The notes below the pieces were generated by a model. That model did not search any database. It worked only from the letters and a program-made list of their open reading frames with translations, and was not told the DNA's origin. The position numbers and the translations under genes were made by a program. DNA of 64,000 bases from Candidatus Woesebacteria bacterium (GTDB lineage Bacteria; Patescibacteriota; Microgenomatia; UBA12405), in contig DAOTMI010000001.1 of assembly GCA_035450165.1 (NCBI GenBank), forward strand, positions 45,888-109,887. The letters are read 5' to 3'. Below are positions 60,330 to 64,000 of this stretch, piece after piece. Within the stretch, counting starts at the first letter, position 1. Each line of letters starts with the position of its first letter.

Positions 60330-60397
60330 TGGTAATTGATTATAATACAGATTAGAGTTCTTGAAACATGTGGTAATTTTTATATTTATTCTCTTTT

Positions 60398-61951
60398 TTA
60401 TTTAGTTTCAATTTTTAATAAATTATCAGTGATTTTTTTATATTTTAGCCCATAATCATTCATCTGAATATTATACAAAATTGATTCAGAATCTTTTTCC
60501 TTCATTATGTATACTGGTATGTTGTCTTTAAGAAGCTCATTTATCAGTGTAATTGATGTTTGTGTCCTCGTCGTTTCTGGTATTGAGACATATATTGCTG
60601 TTTGACGAACTGGATATATATATTTATCATACATATTTGTAAAAATAATTGCATTATTCTCCGTTTTTTTTAATATTTGAGTTTGAAAAGTGTTTGTCCA
60701 CTTAGAGGTATCTAAAAAATATTTTATTGACATATCACTCAAAAATGCTTGATAAATATTAGTCACCAATAATATGAATATTGATATATAAAAAATAATT
60801 TTGGTCTTTAGTATATTGTGAAGATAATAAACTCCAATAACAACTATAATAATCCAACTAATCAATAAGTATCTAGAAAAACTTGTACCGACACTCCCTA
60901 CAAATCCTGATCCGGACCAATTTTTACCCACAAAAAATAAACACTGTAAAATTACGATATAAAATAAATATTTTAAAATAATATCAACACTTTTATTTAA
61001 TTTTTTCAAAAATATTTTTAATATTGAAATAATTGAAAGACTAACTAATATTGGATTTACAAAAAACACTTGATTAATAATATTTGTAATAAAATTTTTT
61101 ATATTTATTTTAAAAATAAACGACAGAATTCCATTACTACTTGAGGATAATTGATAGTGATTAAGATTGTATATTGGATTATTAAAATTAAGAAAACCAT
61201 TATATGTTTTGGTTTGAAAAAAATATAAAAGAATAAAAAGAAAACTAAAAGGTATTGATGCAATTATAATATTTTTTATCTTTATCTTTTTTAAACAACC
61301 TTTTTGGGGATCCCAAAGTAATAATAATATAAAAGGTAAATAGAATAAAACTGATGGATAATTGAACCACATGGATATTCCCGCAAATAAGCCAAATAAA
61401 AAATATGGTATTTTCTTGTCTTTATAAATTGCCTCTAAAAGAAAGAACAATCCTATTATAAAAAAGGTGGTTGATGGTAAATCTTTAAATGGAGTATTGC
61501 TAACATACAAAAAGGGACCTGATAGATAAATAATGACTATACACAAAGTGGAAATTATATGATCGCTAAATACGTATTTATTAATTATTTTATGTACGTA
61601 TATAAGACATAGAACTGAAAAAAGAGGGTTTAGTAAAAATAATAATTTAGGTGATACTAATTTAAACAACGCAACTAGAAAAATCATCCCTGGTAGTGAT
61701 GAAGGAACAAAACCATCTTTAAAAAAGAGTAATCCTCGGATACCGAAAATCGGAGGTGAATATTTTAAATTTAAGTTATTGATGTATTTATATGATTTAT
61801 TACTAATTAAAAGATTGGAAAATAGGTCATTTTGATTTGTATCAGTGTTGGGAAAATTGTTTTTTTGAATAGAATAATTTACTAAAATACTAATGATAAA
61901 AATTAACAATAGTGTTAGGTTCAAAATTATATTTTTTTTCATTGATTGCAT
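60398..61951 (-). CDS. polytopic membrane protein, GT-C-like (ArnT/PMT-type) glycosyltransferase candidate. Very AT-rich.
   Basis: 517 aa with at least 12 TM helices. Lys/Ile/Asn/Phe-rich codon usage distinct from the rest of the window. Confidence 0.45.
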   Translation of the reverse strand: MQSMKKNIILNLTLLLIFIISILVNYSIQKNNFPNTDTNQNDLFSNLLISNKSYKYINNLNLKYSPPIFGIRGLLFFKDGFVPSSLPGMIFLVALFKLVSPKLLFLLNPLFSVLCLIYVHKIINKYVFSDHIISTLCIVIIYLSGPFLYVSNTPFKDLPSTTFFIIGLFFLLEAIYKDKKIPYFLFGLFAGISMWFNYPSVLFYLPFILLLLWDPQKGCLKKIKIKNIIIASIPFSFLFILLYFFQTKTYNGFLNFNNPIYNLNHYQLSSSSNGILSFIFKINIKNFITNIINQVFFVNPILVSLSIISILKIFLKKLNKSVDIILKYLFYIVILQCLFFVGKNWSGSGFVGSVGTSFSRYLLISWIIIVVIGVYYLHNILKTKIIFYISIFILLVTNIYQAFLSDMSIKYFLDTSKWTNTFQTQILKKTENNAIIFTNMYDKYIYPVRQTAIYVSIPETTRTQTSITLINELLKDNIPVYIMKEKDSESILYNIQMNDYGLKYKKITDNLLKIETK

Positions 61952-61977
61952 GATTAGTCTAAATTATTATCGTTTAT

Positions 61978-62958
61978 CTAAAATTTATCAATAATTTTTA
62001 ATGCTAATCCTCTGTAAATTCCTAATATAAAACTAAAACCTAAAATAATTAATAATTTAGATATTATAAAAAAATCTGATATTGAATTAGAAAAAAATAT
62101 AGAAATATTTACAAAAAATATGATAAGTAAAAGTAAATAGTATGGTATAAGAAAAATATAATTTAAAAAAATAAAAATGGTTATTAAAATTGTTAATGAT
62201 GGCAAAAAAATGAATATCCAAAAATTTTTTTTCTTAATATTTAAATAATAATCAGTGAATTTTATTCCCCTATTGTAAGTATGGATAATTTCATCTTTCA
62301 AGGATGATCTGACCTCAGACTTGACGATAACTCCTGGATGTTTAAGTATATTTCTTTTTTGAACTATGGTAAATAATAATTTTGTGTCATCGGAGGAATT
62401 TTTAGATTGATTTTGGGGTTGTGATGACAGAAATAAGTCTTTATCACAAAAAAATACACCTGTTCCTTTACTTATTTTGTCAAAATTATCTTTTGTAATA
62501 TATGTTGGTATAAATTTATTGCCAAATGAATTAGGATATAGTTTTAACTTTATTAAATATTTAAACCGATGAATATCGCTTTGTGTATGATCAATAATTG
62601 CATTTCCAACTAAAGGTTGATAATTAATTTTTTTTAAATTTATTAATATTGATTTATCTGCGATTGTTCGAGAATCAATAAATAATAGATTATTATATTT
62701 TGATTTTTTTGCCCCAATATTCCTTGCTTTTGATCTTCCCTCATTTGTTTTTAGATTTACTATTTTAATCTTTAAATTTTTCTTTCTAGCAATAATTATT
62801 TTTTCCCTTATTGATTTTAGTGTACGATCTGTCGATCCATCATTTACAACTATTATTTCATAATCATCTTTAGGATATATTAAATTAGTCAATGCGCTTA
62901 GAGATTTTTTAATATAATATTCTTCGTTGTATACCGGAATAATAATAGATATTTTCAT
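61978..62958 (-). CDS. family 2 glycosyltransferase with a C-terminal membrane anchor
   Basis: 326 aa. MKISIIIPVYNEEYYIKKSL...EIIVVNDGSTDRT (GT-A DxD context), then 2-3 C-terminal TMs. Confidence 0.75.
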   Translation of the reverse strand: MKISIIIPVYNEEYYIKKSLSALTNLIYPKDDYEIIVVNDGSTDRTLKSIREKIIIARKKNLKIKIVNLKTNEGRSKARNIGAKKSKYNNLLFIDSRTIADKSILINLKKINYQPLVGNAIIDHTQSDIHRFKYLIKLKLYPNSFGNKFIPTYITKDNFDKISKGTGVFFCDKDLFLSSQPQNQSKNSSDDTKLLFTIVQKRNILKHPGVIVKSEVRSSLKDEIIHTYNRGIKFTDYYLNIKKKNFWIFIFLPSLTILITIFIFLNYIFLIPYYLLLLIIFFVNISIFFSNSISDFFIISKLLIILGFSFILGIYRGLALKIIDKF

Positions 62959-62959
62959 A

Positions 62960-64000
62960 CTAATTCTTTTTTTGATAATATCTATATTTTGTATAAAACA
63001 ATAAGGTTGTTAAATACTGTAACAAATTTGCTCTTGGTAAAGCATGGTTAAATATTGGAATTTTATATCCACAGATTTTTAAGATTAATAATCTTGGATG
63101 TAAATTTATTTTTTTAAAAATTGATTGTTTTTTTAACATTTTTATTTTTGTGTCATCAAATTTAGTTAAAATCAATTTTTTAATCCCTTGAATAATTTCT
63201 AAAGCTTTTTGGTTTCTTACTATTACTACTGATGATTGCGATTCCCAATCGTCACCAAAAGATATATCGCAAAAATCATTGAGTCTATCTGGACACATAA
63301 GACAACGTACAGGAATATTGAATTTAAAGTCAGTGTTCCAATACTCTTTATATTTTAGTTTGTATTTAGATTTGTCCTTTAAATAAATTAACATATTATA
63401 TTTTTCTCTGTATTTAATTTTTTGGACTTTTTCGAGGTTGATATTTAATTTATTGAGTAATTTCTCTGTGGCTTTAAAGGATGGACATCTTGAACAAAAA
63501 AGACCTAATGATATATATATTTTTTCCTTTAATTGTGGATATAGTTTTTCCATATTTTTGAGGCCATGAATATGACAAGGAAGGCCTACAAAAGCATATT
63601 TGTGTTTTTTTTTTGATTTCAATATATCTTTAAGCATAATGTTCTGAGGAGTAGGGCAATATTTTGACCCTATAGCGTTGATTAGTTCTTTTTTGGTTGT
63701 TGCAATTATTGGCTTGGAAACTAAACCGTTCATTATAGTAACTATCGCACCATCAATTTTTTTTTCCTTCATAAGAGAAATCAATATTTGAGTTAATGCT
63801 CCTCCTGAACTACTCATCTCTCTAATTTTTTTAACACAAGATTGTCCGTTGTAAATTTTTGTGTAATTTCCTAATAATTTTTGGTTTATTGGAGTCTTCC
63901 ATCCTGGACATACCTTGATGCAAAGGTTGCAATTTGTACATAATTCTTTGTTAACATATGGTTTATATATTCCTGTTTGTTTATCTATAACAAGAGATAT
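62960..64000 (-). CDS. FrhB/FdhB-like Fe-S flavoprotein (coenzyme F420 hydrogenase beta-subunit family, polysaccharide-modification type). Partial; the N-terminus lies beyond the window end.
   Basis: The track ORF (to 63817) continues upstream in frame with no stop through YVNKELCTNCNLCIKVCPGW (a 4Fe-4S ferredoxin CxxCxxCxxxCP motif) to the window edge. The C-terminal region has CLMCPDRLNDFCDISFGDDWE, typical of the FrhB_FdhB_C domain. Confidence 0.6.
   Translation of the reverse strand: MSLVIDKQTGIYKPYVNKELCTNCNLCIKVCPGWKTPINQKLLGNYTKIYNGQSCVKKIREMSSSGGALTQILISLMKEKKIDGAIVTIMNGLVSKPIIATTKKELINAIGSKYCPTPQNIMLKDILKSKKKHKYAFVGLPCHIHGLKNMEKLYPQLKEKIYISLGLFCSRCPSFKATEKLLNKLNINLEKVQKIKYREKYNMLIYLKDKSKYKLKYKEYWNTDFKFNIPVRCLMCPDRLNDFCDISFGDDWESQSSVVIVRNQKALEIIQGIKKLILTKFDDTKIKMLKKQSIFKKINLHPRLLILKICGYKIPIFNHALPRANLLQYLTTLLFYTKYRYYQKKN

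Noticed and set aside
1260-60339. Numerous short ORFs in the six-frame track that overlap larger well-supported genes in other frames or on the opposite strand. Examples: 1260..1478, 4612..4797, 4790..4978, 7503..7703, 11031..11234, 12014..12205, 13230..13445, 13662..13925, 16906..17271, 18074..18406, 18855..19077, 20414..20828, 20911..21114, 23108..23332, 24685..24909, 25329..25601, 26074..26313, 27796..28107, 29663..30016, 30652..30846, 33226..33471, 33566..33769, 33836..34114, 37026..37238, 40406..41409, 44333..44539, 45974..46551, 46775..47008, 49961..50264, 53002..53253, 54156..55018, 55498..55823, 56095..56384, 56666..57223, 58102..58317, 58650..59041, 60157..60339.
   Set aside because: They are shadow ORFs inside conserved genes. 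The translations are low-complexity or hydrophobic with no motifs. The overlapping genes have unambiguous homology (ribosomal proteins, EF-Tu/G, RpoB/C, PNPase, IF-2 and others).
1-64000. Alternative genetic code (for example UGA recoding, as in Gracilibacteria/SR1)
   Set aside because: All long conserved genes (rpoB 1090 aa, rpoC 1241 aa, fusA, pnp, ftsK) are uninterrupted under the standard bacterial code.
1-64000. CRISPR arrays, rRNA, tRNA, transposases and integrases
   Set aside because: No spaced direct-repeat arrays were seen. Intergenic gaps are short (mostly under 200 nt) and show no tRNA-like cloverleaf or T-loop signatures. No IS-like inverted-repeat-flanked ORFs or recombinase motifs were found. 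The insertions appear to have no mobility genes within this window.

Overview
The window reads as a genome segment from a reduced, AT-rich bacterium of the Patescibacteria/CPR type. GC is roughly 40% by eye, falling to about 20-25% in the last 3.6 kb. The standard genetic code leaves all long ORFs intact. Almost everything is encoded on the minus strand. Working through the minus strand from low to high coordinate, the content is as follows. Bases 1-14006 hold the conserved ribosomal super-operon. It runs from the rpoA N-terminal part through rpsD, rpsK, rpsM, rpmJ, infA, adk and secY, then the spc and S10 ribosomal operons, then tuf. L30 (rpmD) is absent between S5 and L15, and map is absent. 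A 336-aa hypothetical gene sits between tuf and fusA. The str operon (rpsL-rpsG // fusA) is split by a mixed-strand insertion of about 7 kb (17.3-24.2 kb). The insertion encodes dTDP-rhamnose pathway enzymes (rmlB, rmlC, rmlD, but no rmlA), a Glf/amine-oxidase-like flavoprotein, a GNAT, a Cys-rich SPASM-like ORF fragment, two hypotheticals and a membrane protein with a LytR_C domain. Next come rpoC and rpoB. After them (32-46.6 kb) lies a cell-envelope and housekeeping block. It holds an Ig-like secreted protein, a TRAM-less MiaB-like methylthiotransferase, mltG, ruvX, a sortase with an adjacent 705-aa membrane protein, a short alaS, purF, a rodZ-like gene, ftsK, proS and an acidic protein whose Trp-repeat is encoded by a 9-bp tandem repeat. 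From 46.6 to 56 kb the genes are rnj, a family-4 UDG, a free-standing Lon-derived AAA+ module with no N-domain and no protease domain, pnp with a repeat-encoded basic tail, rpsO, a Cys-rich small protein, a DHH-like protein, a short infB and nusA. From 56 to 64 kb there are a polytopic membrane protein and two adjacent LytR_C-domain membrane proteins. A compositionally distinct, very AT-rich glycan cassette closes the window. It holds a polytopic GT-C-like membrane protein, a GT2 glycosyltransferase and a ferredoxin/FrhB-like partial gene running off the window end. I found no rRNA, tRNA, CRISPR array or transposase. Everything was read from the sequence by eye. Homology statements rest on recognisable motifs, not on database searches.
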